From positions 1,398 through 65,397 of the forward strand of contig DATDPP010000040.1 in the NCBI GenBank assembly GCA_035292685.1: 64,000 nucleotides of DNA, read 5' to 3'. The stretch's first letter is position 1; every line of letters begins with the position of its first letter. The translations under genes and the position numbers were made by a program. The notes beneath the pieces are model-generated. The model was given only the letters and a program-made list of their open reading frames with translations. It was not told where the DNA came from and ran no database searches. This DNA is from Acidimicrobiia bacterium (GTDB lineage: Bacteria > Actinomycetota > Acidimicrobiia > Spongiisociales > ZC4RG35). Shown here piece after piece: positions 56,382 through 64,000 of this stretch.

Positions 56382-57511
56382 GCCGTGGCCTCGTCGAGCA
56401 ACTCGGCGAAGAGGGCTTCGACCCTGTCATCGCCGACGTTGTTGTCCTCGAGGTACGTGTGAAAGGCGTCGGTTGGGGTGATGGCCCGTCGGCTCTCGAC
56501 GGCGGGCCTCCGCCCGGAGGTCGGCTGGAGGAGCGTCACGTCGACGGCACCCGGGATTCCGGCTCGCACCATGTCGGCCAGCCCGACCCGGGCCTTCTCG
56601 GTGAGCTCGACCTTGACATAGGCGTCACCAACATCATCGGCCCGAGCCAGCACCTGATCGACGGTTCCCCGGAGGGTGACCAGACCCCGGCCGGAGACGA
56701 GGGGGACCGTCGTCACCTTGGAGGGAAGCCCGGGTGCCGCTTCGACGAGGAGTGCCCCCTTGCGATCCTCCACCTCACCGAAGTCGAGTTGCAGAGGTGA
56801 CCCCGAGTACCAGACCGACCCACCATGAGGCACTTTCTGTTGGCGATGGAGGTGCCCCAGGGCCACATGAGAGAGATGACCGGGAAACACCGAAGCGGGC
56901 ACCGCGTACCCGAAGATGTGGGCCTGTCGCTCTCCCCCTCCCTCTTGGGCGCCATGCACCGTCAAATGGCCGACCAGGAGGTTGACCATGTCGGTGGTCA
57001 TATCGGCGGTGAGGGCGCCGATCAGCCGCTTGATCCGGTCCTCGTATACCCCGGCGTGCTGATCGGGGTCCGAGCCCATTATCTGCTCGGCCCGCACCAC
57101 GCCACGCTGGGAGACGAAGGGGAGCATGGCGACCTTGATCCCGAGGTCATCGTAGGAGACAACCCCACCCCGATCCGGCGGGAATGGTTGGGAGCAGGCG
57201 ATGATCCGGCCCATCTCGAGCAGCGGGGCCACCGCATCCAGCCGTGCCGGGTTGTCGTGGTTGCCTGCGATGACCAGCACCGGGGCCACCTCGGCCAGGT
57301 CGAGCAGGCCCCTCCAGGCGATTTGCTCGGCGACAGGGGTCGGTGCCGAGGTGTCGAACACGTCGCCGGCGACGACGACGAGCTGGACCTCGGCCCCAGC
57401 GGCGATCGTCACCAACTCGGCCAGAACCGAGCGGTGCTCCTCAGACCGGTCCCGGCCCCGGATCCGTTTCCCGACATGCCAATCGGAGGTGTGGAGGATC
57501 TTCACCGTCAC
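56378..57511 (-). CDS. sbcD: SbcD/Mre11-family nuclease
   Basis: HTSDWHVG, GDVFD, GNHD, GH phosphoesterase motifs. ATGA overlap with the sbcC start. Confidence 0.9.
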   Translation of the reverse strand: MTVKILHTSDWHVGKRIRGRDRSEEHRSVLAELVTIAAGAEVQLVVVAGDVFDTSAPTPVAEQIAWRGLLDLAEVAPVLVIAGNHDNPARLDAVAPLLEMGRIIACSQPFPPDRGGVVSYDDLGIKVAMLPFVSQRGVVRAEQIMGSDPDQHAGVYEDRIKRLIGALTADMTTDMVNLLVGHLTVHGAQEGGGERQAHIFGYAVPASVFPGHLSHVALGHLHRQQKVPHGGSVWYSGSPLQLDFGEVEDRKGALLVEAAPGLPSKVTTVPLVSGRGLVTLRGTVDQVLARADDVGDAYVKVELTEKARVGLADMVRAGIPGAVDVTLLQPTSGRRPAVESRRAITPTDAFHTYLEDNNVGDDRVEALFAELLDEATA

Positions 57512-57518
57512 GGGGTCG

Positions 57519-57544
57519 ATCGTAAAGAGCAGGTGGGACAGATT
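57519..57544 (-). promoter_or_regulatory. Candidate damage-type promoter, site D: AATCTGTC-N12-TACGAT, 7 nt before GTG 57511
   Basis: Minus strand: TGTC at 57540-57537, spacer ccacctgctctt, TACGAT at 57524-57519, cgacccc, GTG. Confidence 0.5.
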
Positions 57545-57568
57545 CGGGGAGCCGGCCGGAGAGGAGGG

Positions 57569-59239
57569 TTACAGACCCTCGAAAGGGTCCTCCGGGCCGG
57601 TGGAAGCCGGCACCGAAACGGCCTCGGACGCTCTGGTGGCCCAGGCGGGGAAGGGGAACTCCAAAACCAGAGGAACCGGCAGCTCGGGCTGGCTCAAGAT
57701 CATGGTTCCCGGCTTGAGGATGGTCGCCCGCTGCCTGTGCACCGAGGGAAGAAAGCCGTACTCCTCCCGTGCCGCCTCGGCCGCATCGAGACGCCCCACA
57801 ACCCGGATCGAGGAGTTTGCGATGATCCGGCGCTCCACCTCGGAGGCTGTCTGCTGGGCACCGATCAGGATGACTCCGAGGGAGCGGCCGCGCTCAGCCA
57901 CGTCGAGCAGGACTTCCTTTATCGGGCTGGTTCCCTCACGCGGGGCGTATTTGTTCAACTCGTCGAGCACCACCAGCAGGAGCTCGTCGGACTGGCCGGC
58001 CCGCTCCTTGTCGTCGAACGCTCGCTTCAAGGTCACACCCACCACGAAGCGCTTCGCCCGATCGTTGAGGTTGTGGAGGTCGACCACCGTCACCTGATTG
58101 GGGTCGAGCCTTATCTTGTGACGCTCCGGGTCAGGGACATCGGCCCGGATCATGCGCTCCAGGTGGCGGACCGAGGCCTGCAATCTCCGGACAAAGGCGT
58201 TGATGGTGCCGAGGCCGATGGCAGGGCCCGCCCAGAGAAACCGATGCTCCTCGGATTGGACCCGGTCGGTGACCAGATCGACGAACTCGCGAAAGGTGCG
58301 CACTTTGACGCCGTCGACCACCGCGGCCCCGGTTTCCGTGGCCTCGGCATGGCGCAACTGGGCCATCACGTTGTAGACAACGGTCGTGTACTGGGCACGG
58401 TCGTCCTCCGCGTCGGCAAACAGGAACGGGAGAAGGTCGTCCACACAGAACTCGTGAAGAGTCCAGAAGAAAGACGTCACATCGGACCGGGAAGCGACGT
58501 CGGCGGTTGCCCTCTGATCGTCGATTCGAGGCGGGGCGAAGATCCCCACCGAGTCGAAGGGAGTGGAGGGGAGGCCGAGATGGGTGTAGCCGAGACGGTG
58601 CTCCTCATCGAGGCGGGTATTGACCCGGTCGAGATGGAGCAGATCCTCGCCCTTGACGTTGAAGATGAGGGCCTTGGTGTTGACCACGGCTTTGCCCAGG
58701 ACCCCCGAGGTGAACAGGGAGTGGAGAAGGAAGGTTGCGTAGCTCGTCTTGGTCGCCACCCCGGAGATCCCTGAGATGTTGACGTGGGCTCCCCGTTCGC
58801 CGTTGATGAACTCGAAGTTCACCCACAGCGGCTCCTTGTTGCGCGCCAGCCCCACCGGGAATTTCTGCTCCATCTGGTCGAAGAAGAGAGCCTGATCCCG
58901 CTCGTCCCCGACGGCGATCCGCACCTCCTGGCCGGGAAGCGGCGGGACGAACACCTCGGGCTCGAAGCGGGTGGTCGTGACCTGGGCGGTTTCGACCACC
59001 TCGGCGGGGAGGATCCCGTCCTCTATGAGAAACACGTCGGAGTCGAACCTGGCCCCCTCGTGCCGGGCAACCACCTGGCCAACCATCCCGAACATTCGAA
59101 CCATCTCACCGGTTGGGAGCACCCGCTCGAGGGCCACGACGTCGTCGAGTTGGACGTACTGCCCCTCCTCGATTCCGATCCAGAACTCGAGTGGGGTGGC
59201 GTCTTTGGTCCCGAGGACCCGGCCGACCATGTCTTCCAT
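57569..59239 (-). CDS. HerA-like FtsK/HerA-superfamily ATPase (HAS-barrel plus P-loop)
   Basis: 556 aa. N-terminal HAS-barrel-like GRVLGTKDATPLEFWI...VQLDDVV. P-loop GISGVATKTS. Walker B LLLVVLDELNKY. Confidence 0.7.
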   Translation of the reverse strand: MEDMVGRVLGTKDATPLEFWIGIEEGQYVQLDDVVALERVLPTGEMVRMFGMVGQVVARHEGARFDSDVFLIEDGILPAEVVETAQVTTTRFEPEVFVPPLPGQEVRIAVGDERDQALFFDQMEQKFPVGLARNKEPLWVNFEFINGERGAHVNISGISGVATKTSYATFLLHSLFTSGVLGKAVVNTKALIFNVKGEDLLHLDRVNTRLDEEHRLGYTHLGLPSTPFDSVGIFAPPRIDDQRATADVASRSDVTSFFWTLHEFCVDDLLPFLFADAEDDRAQYTTVVYNVMAQLRHAEATETGAAVVDGVKVRTFREFVDLVTDRVQSEEHRFLWAGPAIGLGTINAFVRRLQASVRHLERMIRADVPDPERHKIRLDPNQVTVVDLHNLNDRAKRFVVGVTLKRAFDDKERAGQSDELLLVVLDELNKYAPREGTSPIKEVLLDVAERGRSLGVILIGAQQTASEVERRIIANSSIRVVGRLDAAEAAREEYGFLPSVHRQRATILKPGTMILSQPELPVPLVLEFPFPAWATRASEAVSVPASTGPEDPFEGL

Positions 59240-59247
59240 CCCAGGCG

Positions 59248-59273
59248 AGAGTAGACCCGCCCTGGGACAGGAA
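59248..59273 (-). promoter_or_regulatory. Candidate damage-type promoter, site C: TTCCTGTC-N12-TACTCT, 8 nt before ATG 59239
   Basis: Minus strand: TGTC at 59269-59266, spacer ccagggcgggtc, TACTCT at 59253-59248, cgcctggg, ATG. Confidence 0.5.
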
Positions 59274-59283
59274 TCGGTCTCCT

Positions 59284-60441
59284 ATGGTGGTCTCGGTGAG
59301 CCTGGCGGTCTTCCCATTCAAGGACGAGGATCCGGCGCTGGTGATCGCCAACCTCGCGACGGCCGCCTCCCACTCCCGGATCGACGAGGTGTGGGCGGTG
59401 GCCTCTGAGGACGGCCCCACGACCCGTCAGGTCGAAGCGGGGGCCGCCGAGACCTCGGGGCGGCTCTCCAAACCGATCTCGGTCATCCCCCAGGAGCGGA
59501 TCGGGGATCTCCGACCAGGAAAGGGAGACGCCATGAACACCGCCATCCGGCGCGCCGCCGGACAGGGCAGGGAGCGGGTTCATTTCTACGACGCCGATAT
59601 CACCAACTTCGACGAGACCTGGATCGAAGGCGCCGAGGATGCCGCCGATCGCGGGTACGGCGTCGTCCGTCATCGATTCCCCCGTGCGGCCACCGACGCC
59701 ATGATCACGTGGATGATTACCAGGCCCGGCCTCGCCCTGCTCTTTCCAGGCACCTTCCTCCCCAGGCTCAACCAACCGCTGGGAGGAGAACTCCTCCTCA
59801 CCAGGGTCGCCCTGGAATCCCTTGCCGGGTCCCAATTGGTCATGTCGCGCTCGGATTGGGGCATCGACACCGTGCTCACCTACGCCACCTCGATGATGGG
59901 GGTGGGTCTCTACGAGCATCACGTAGCCGGAGGGAAGCGCCACACCCTCTATGGGTCGTTGGATGAGCTGCGGTGGATGGTGATCGAATGCCTCGATGCC
60001 GTGTCCGGGCTCGCCGGCATGGCAGGCCCGCAGCCGGGGGCCCGTCATGGGAGCGATCCAGCCGCACCGGTGCCGCCCGACCTCAAGCGCACTGTCGCCT
60101 ACGACCTCAGCTCCACGCTCCCCCTCCTGACCAGCGGGTGGACCGACGAGGAGATCGAGCTCGCCGCCGATCTGCCGGCTCAGGCCCGGGTGGGGATCAT
60201 GGCCAACCTCGACCGGCCTGAGTTCTCCTTCATGGATGCCGGGATCTGGCTGGAGACACTGCGGTTCCTGCTCTCCGGCTTCCGTTTGGGATACCAGGCC
60301 TGGGAGTCACTCGCCTTTCGCCTCTGGCTCACCAGGGTTCTCGCTTATACCACCAACCAGGCCCAGGACGGCTATGACCTGGCGATCGACTACCTGGAGG
60401 CCACGATCCGCGACTACGAGCGTCTCGCCGACCAGTCTTAG
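59284..60441 (+). CDS. GT-A glycosyltransferase resembling mannosylglycerate synthase (GT78; GT81 GpgS/MpgS not excluded)
   Basis: Trimmed to ATG 59284 (MVVSVSLAVFPFK). Motifs RPGKGDAMNTA, HFYDADI (DxD), FPRAATDAMITWMITRPG, QPLGGELL, RSDWGIDT. About 385 aa with a helical C-terminal extension. Confidence 0.6.
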   Translation: MVVSVSLAVFPFKDEDPALVIANLATAASHSRIDEVWAVASEDGPTTRQVEAGAAETSGRLSKPISVIPQERIGDLRPGKGDAMNTAIRRAAGQGRERVHFYDADITNFDETWIEGAEDAADRGYGVVRHRFPRAATDAMITWMITRPGLALLFPGTFLPRLNQPLGGELLLTRVALESLAGSQLVMSRSDWGIDTVLTYATSMMGVGLYEHHVAGGKRHTLYGSLDELRWMVIECLDAVSGLAGMAGPQPGARHGSDPAAPVPPDLKRTVAYDLSSTLPLLTSGWTDEEIELAADLPAQARVGIMANLDRPEFSFMDAGIWLETLRFLLSGFRLGYQAWESLAFRLWLTRVLAYTTNQAQDGYDLAIDYLEATIRDYERLADQS

Positions 60442-60447
60442 CCAGTC

Positions 60448-60882
60448 ATGAGCCTCTTTCTTGTCGTGTTGGTGGGGATCCTCGGCGGCCTGGCCGCCAC
60501 CCTGCAGTCACAGTTCCTGGGCGTGATGGAAGAGCGCGTCGGCACACTCGCCTCGACATTCGTGACTTATGCCGGCGGCGGTCTCGCCATCACGCTCCTC
60601 ATGCTCACCTTCCGCGGCGGCCGTCTCTCCGAGCTCAAGGATCTCCCATGGTGGGTGTTCACCGCAGGTTTGCTGGGGTTGGTGGTGGTTTCGACGCTCG
60701 GGATTACGGTCAATCGGCTGGGACTGGGTGCAGGGCTCACCCTGTTCACTGCTGCCACCCTCATACTCGGAGCGGCGTTAGAGCATTTCGGGTGGTTCGG
60801 TGATGGGCGAGCCATCGCTGGCCCGCGAGCCCTCGGCATCGCCCTGGTGATCTTCGGGACCTGGCTGGTGGTCCGCAGTTGA
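60448..60882 (+). CDS. DMT-superfamily small transporter (DUF606/YdcZ-like)
   Basis: 144 aa, 4-5 TM. Starts 6 nt after the glycosyltransferase stop. Confidence 0.65.
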   Translation: MSLFLVVLVGILGGLAATLQSQFLGVMEERVGTLASTFVTYAGGGLAITLLMLTFRGGRLSELKDLPWWVFTAGLLGLVVVSTLGITVNRLGLGAGLTLFTAATLILGAALEHFGWFGDGRAIAGPRALGIALVIFGTWLVVRS

Positions 60883-60888
60883 CCCGGC

Positions 60889-61719
60889 CTATCCGAGGGC
60901 GATCGCGGTCATCGCCAGCAGGGCCAGCCCGAGACCGAGGATCTGCCTGCGATGCAGGTGCTCGTCGTTGACGATGCGGGCCATGATCACGGTCACTGCC
61001 GGGTAGAAGGAGGCCGCCACTGCCGCGGTGGCCAGCGAGCCGGCTCGCAACGCGTATAGAAGGGCCACGTTCCCGCTGACGTCGAGAATCGCGTTGGCCG
61101 AGATCAAGCCTCGCGGCGTGCGGGAGAACCGGCTCACGTTCCACACCCCCATGCCGGCCACGACCAGGGGGACCAGGATCGTGGCCCCTCTCGATGCGAT
61201 CAGCGGCAACAGGTTCGACCCTTCCGAGGTGAGTCGGATCAGGACCGAGAAACTGCCGAAACCGAGCCCCGCGGCCAGCCCGTAGACCAGGCCCCCACCA
61301 GGCAGCTCCCCTGGGTCGGTGACCCACGCGCAGAGCATGATGGCCGGCACCGCCAACGCCACCCCGAACCAGGAGAGGGTCGACGGGCTTTCTCCTTGGA
61401 TCAGGGCGGCGACGACGGGCACCATTGCGGCCACCGCGGCGGACACCGGCGCCACCGCCGCAGCCTGTCCCAAGCTCAACCCGGCAAACAGGATGATGAG
61501 ACCCAACCCACCGAGGGCCCCGGCCAACCCGCCCAGGAGGTAGTCCTTCGCCATGGCGTCACCACCGACTACCAGGGCGGCCACGACCAGGACCGGGAAG
61601 CTGAGGATCCCCGCCCAGAGCACGATGGAGGCAGCCGAGACCCGTCTTGACGCCTCACCACCGAGGAAGTCGGCGACCCCGTAGAACAGTGAGCTGATCC
61701 CCCCGAAGACGGCTTCCAC
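60889..61719 (-). CDS. EamA-like/DMT membrane transporter
   Basis: 276 aa polytopic. GTG start abuts the HIT gene stop. Confidence 0.65.
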   Translation of the reverse strand: MEAVFGGISSLFYGVADFLGGEASRRVSAASIVLWAGILSFPVLVVAALVVGGDAMAKDYLLGGLAGALGGLGLIILFAGLSLGQAAAVAPVSAAVAAMVPVVAALIQGESPSTLSWFGVALAVPAIMLCAWVTDPGELPGGGLVYGLAAGLGFGSFSVLIRLTSEGSNLLPLIASRGATILVPLVVAGMGVWNVSRFSRTPRGLISANAILDVSGNVALLYALRAGSLATAAVAASFYPAVTVIMARIVNDEHLHRRQILGLGLALLAMTAIALG

Positions 61720-62154
61720 CTAGAAGCCCGCCTCCTCGACCACGCCAGTCGACCCCATCGAACGGAGGATGTAGCGGATCGAGGAAGCGGCCTGCTCCAG
61801 GGCCTCCGTCTCCACGTCTTTCGCTGCCCACGAGAACTCGAGGTCGGCGGCATTGTTGATCGGAACCACGTGGAGGTGAAGATGTGGCACTTCGAGCCCG
61901 GCGATGACCAGACCGATCCGCTGCGGGCGATAGACCTTCAGCTGAGCCTGGCCGATCTGGCGGGCAACGTCCAGGAGGTGCTCGCGCAAGGGAGCAGGAC
62001 AGTCGATCCAGTGGTCCACCTCCTCGCGGGGGACGACGAGGGTGTGACCCGGGCGCAGCGGGTTGATCGACATGAAGGCGACCGACAACTCATCCTTCCA
62101 GACAAAGCTCGCCGGGATCTCGCCTTGGATGATCTTGGTGAACAGAGTGGCCAT
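61720..62154 (-). CDS. HIT-family nucleotide hydrolase/transferase
   Basis: Histidine triad HLHLHVV. TAGGCT sits 7 nt before the ATG. Confidence 0.85.
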   Translation of the reverse strand: MATLFTKIIQGEIPASFVWKDELSVAFMSINPLRPGHTLVVPREEVDHWIDCPAPLREHLLDVARQIGQAQLKVYRPQRIGLVIAGLEVPHLHLHVVPINNAADLEFSWAAKDVETEALEQAASSIRYILRSMGSTGVVEEAGF

Positions 62155-62178
62155 CGCCGCGAGCCTATCCAGCGGTGG

Positions 62179-63360
62179 TCAGCGGACGGGGACGATGGCG
62201 AATAGGCCGGTTTCGGTGGTCACATAGACCTCTCCGGCGCCATCGACGCCGAAACCGGTCATCATGCCTGGCACACCCACCTGGTCGGTCCAATCGGTTT
62301 GATCCACGGCGGCTCCGTCATCGAAGCGAAAGGATCGGAGCCACCCCCCGCAGTAGTCCGAATAGAGATAGAGACCTTCCATCTCCGGGATGGCAGAGCC
62401 TCGATAGACCACACCGCCGGTGATGGAACAGGGCTCGGGGTCACCGTGCCTGATTTCGATTACCGGGATCACCTGGCCCGAGGTGTCGCAGCCTGCCGGG
62501 GAGTCGAAACAGTGGAGCCCCTCGGCGATCGGCCAGCCGAAGTTGTGTCCGGGCTCGAGGGGGACCACATCGACCTCCTCGAAGAGATCCTGGCCGACAT
62601 CGGCCACGTAGATCAGATCGCCATCGATCCAAAACCGCCAGGGGTTTCGCAGCCCCGTTGCGTATTTGATGGGATCGGTCCCTCCATCGACATCGATGGC
62701 GACCAAACCCGCCAGAAGTGTGTCCCGGTTTTGACCATTGCCGAACTCGTCGCCGGCTCCCCCACCGTCGCCCAGCCCGAGAAGCAGGGTGCCGTCAGGA
62801 GTGAACTGGAGCATGCCGCCGTTGTGGTTGGAGGCCGGCTGGTCGACCTGAAGCAGAACCCGCTCACTGCCCGGGTCGATCTCGGTCGCCGAGAGGAATC
62901 TGAACTCGGAAACCACCGTGTCGCCTCGTTCATCCGAATAATGGAGGTAGAGACGGTCGGGGTCGGTGGGGTGGAGAGCAATCGAGAGCAACCCCTGCTC
63001 GAGTCTTGCGTTCTCCACCCGGACCGTCAGGTCGAGCACCGGCTCCGAATTCACTTCGCCGTCGATCAGCATCCAGACCCTCCCGTCCTTGGTGATCACA
63101 TAGGCGGTGTCGTCGCCGGGTCGGGCCACCACCTGCACCGGGAACGGCATCTGCGCCACCTCCTCATAAGCCAGAGCTTGCAGCGACCCCAGGGTGGTGG
63201 TGGTCGGTGTGGCCAATGTCGGCGTGGTGGATGCGGGCACCGGGTTTGTGGTGCTCGGGGCAATCGACGTGGTGGTGTTCACCGAACTGGTGGCTGTGAT
63301 TTCCGGGGACCCGATACAGGCACCGAGAACCACCAAACCCGAGATCAGCACACGTCGCAC
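62179..63360 (-). CDS. PQQ-dependent soluble sugar (glucose/sorbosone) dehydrogenase-like beta-propeller lipoprotein
   Basis: Lipobox LGAC. GLRNPWRF, DVGQDLFEEV, NFGWP motifs. Confidence 0.75.
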   Translation of the reverse strand: MRRVLISGLVVLGACIGSPEITATSSVNTTTSIAPSTTNPVPASTTPTLATPTTTTLGSLQALAYEEVAQMPFPVQVVARPGDDTAYVITKDGRVWMLIDGEVNSEPVLDLTVRVENARLEQGLLSIALHPTDPDRLYLHYSDERGDTVVSEFRFLSATEIDPGSERVLLQVDQPASNHNGGMLQFTPDGTLLLGLGDGGGAGDEFGNGQNRDTLLAGLVAIDVDGGTDPIKYATGLRNPWRFWIDGDLIYVADVGQDLFEEVDVVPLEPGHNFGWPIAEGLHCFDSPAGCDTSGQVIPVIEIRHGDPEPCSITGGVVYRGSAIPEMEGLYLYSDYCGGWLRSFRFDDGAAVDQTDWTDQVGVPGMMTGFGVDGAGEVYVTTETGLFAIVPVR

Positions 63361-63393
63361 GAAGCGACAGGTTATGTCTAGCTTGCGGCATCC

Positions 63394-64000
63394 GTGAGCA
63401 GTGGCGTCAAGAACGACCCCGGCGCCATCCGGGGCTGGATCACCTACGACTGGGCCAACTCGGCCTACGCCACCACGATCCTGGCGGCGGTCCTCCCTGC
63501 CTACTTCGCCTCCGAGGTGGTGGGAGACTCAGAAGTCGAGTTCCTCGGGAGACTGTGGACCGGTCAGGACCTGTGGGCGGTGACGGTCGGTTTCGGGCCT
63601 CTCATCATGTTCCTCGCCACGCCGATCCTTGGCGCCATCGCCGACTACTCGGCTGCGAAGAAGCGATTCCTCACGGTCTTCGCCGTCTGGGGCGCGCTGC
63701 TCACCTCCTTGTTGTTCTTCACCATGACAGGCGACGTCCTCCTCACGCTGGGTCTGTTCCTACTGGCTGACATCGGCTTCGTCGGCGCCAATGTCTTCTA
63801 TGACGGATTCCTCCCCGACCTCACCACCGACGACACCATCGACATGGTGAGTTCGCGGGGCTTCGCCTGGGGCTACATCGGAGGGGGCCTCCATCTCCTG
63901 TTGTCCCTCATTCTCATTCAGGGTGCCGACGCCGGGCTCATCCCGATCGACCCGATCCTGGCCACGCGGATCGCCCTCGGCTCGGTTGGGGTGTGGTGGC
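63394..64000 (+). CDS. MFS transporter, UMF1/Atg22-like (5' partial; runs off the window)
   Basis: Not in the ORF track because it has no stop. GTG 63394, preceded by an in-frame TAG. Translates to VSSGVKNDPGAIRGWITYDWANSAYATTILAAVLPAYF... and stays open to 64000. Confidence 0.7.
   Translation, partial: MSSGVKNDPGAIRGWITYDWANSAYATTILAAVLPAYFASEVVGDSEVEFLGRLWTGQDLWAVTVGFGPLIMFLATPILGAIADYSAAKKRFLTVFAVWGALLTSLLFFTMTGDVLLTLGLFLLADIGFVGANVFYDGFLPDLTTDDTIDMVSSRGFAWGYIGGGLHLLLSLILIQGADAGLIPIDPILATRIALGSVGVWW

Noticed and set aside
56825-58774. 649-aa ORF on the plus strand
   Set aside because: Antisense shadow of sbcD and herA. The sequence is low-complexity and rich in Gly, Arg, Asp and His, with no recognisable domain.

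Overview
High-GC chromosomal segment with Actinomycetota hallmarks: AdnAB-type helicase-nucleases, PlsB/PlsY, menaquinone genes menF/menD/menC, an F420-type PPOX protein, and many apparently leaderless genes. I call about 55 CDS, nearly all housekeeping (central and lipid metabolism, cofactor synthesis, transport, DNA repair). I found no rRNA, tRNA, CRISPR array, transposase, integrase or recognisable defence island. The ORF track has many long Arg/Pro/Gly-rich ORFs antisense to real genes; these are high-GC artefacts and I rejected them. Several track ORFs were trimmed to internal starts. Main observations: (1) One promoter-like motif, TGTC-N12-TANNNT followed 7-8 nt later by the start codon, sits upstream of all four DNA-end-processing transcription units here and upstream of no other gene start I checked. 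The four units are a Cas4-like nuclease, a small ORF plus adnAB, herA, and sbcD-sbcC-nurA. The spacing matches the actinobacterial RecA-independent (PafBC/RecA-NDp) damage promoter. (2) An archaeal-style herA-mre11(sbcD)-rad50(sbcC)-nurA cluster, whose HerA has a deviant Walker A. (3) A GT-A glycosyltransferase that, as far as I recall the Rhodothermus enzyme, resembles mannosylglycerate synthase (GT78). (4) A cupredoxin translationally coupled to a lipoprotein that fuses a NosD-like beta-helix to a PLDc_N-type membrane domain. (5) A compact single-aptamer glycine riboswitch upstream of gcvP. (6) A ~640-nt hairpin-rich non-coding region of unknown identity at the left edge. All family assignments come from motifs read by eye; no database search was possible.
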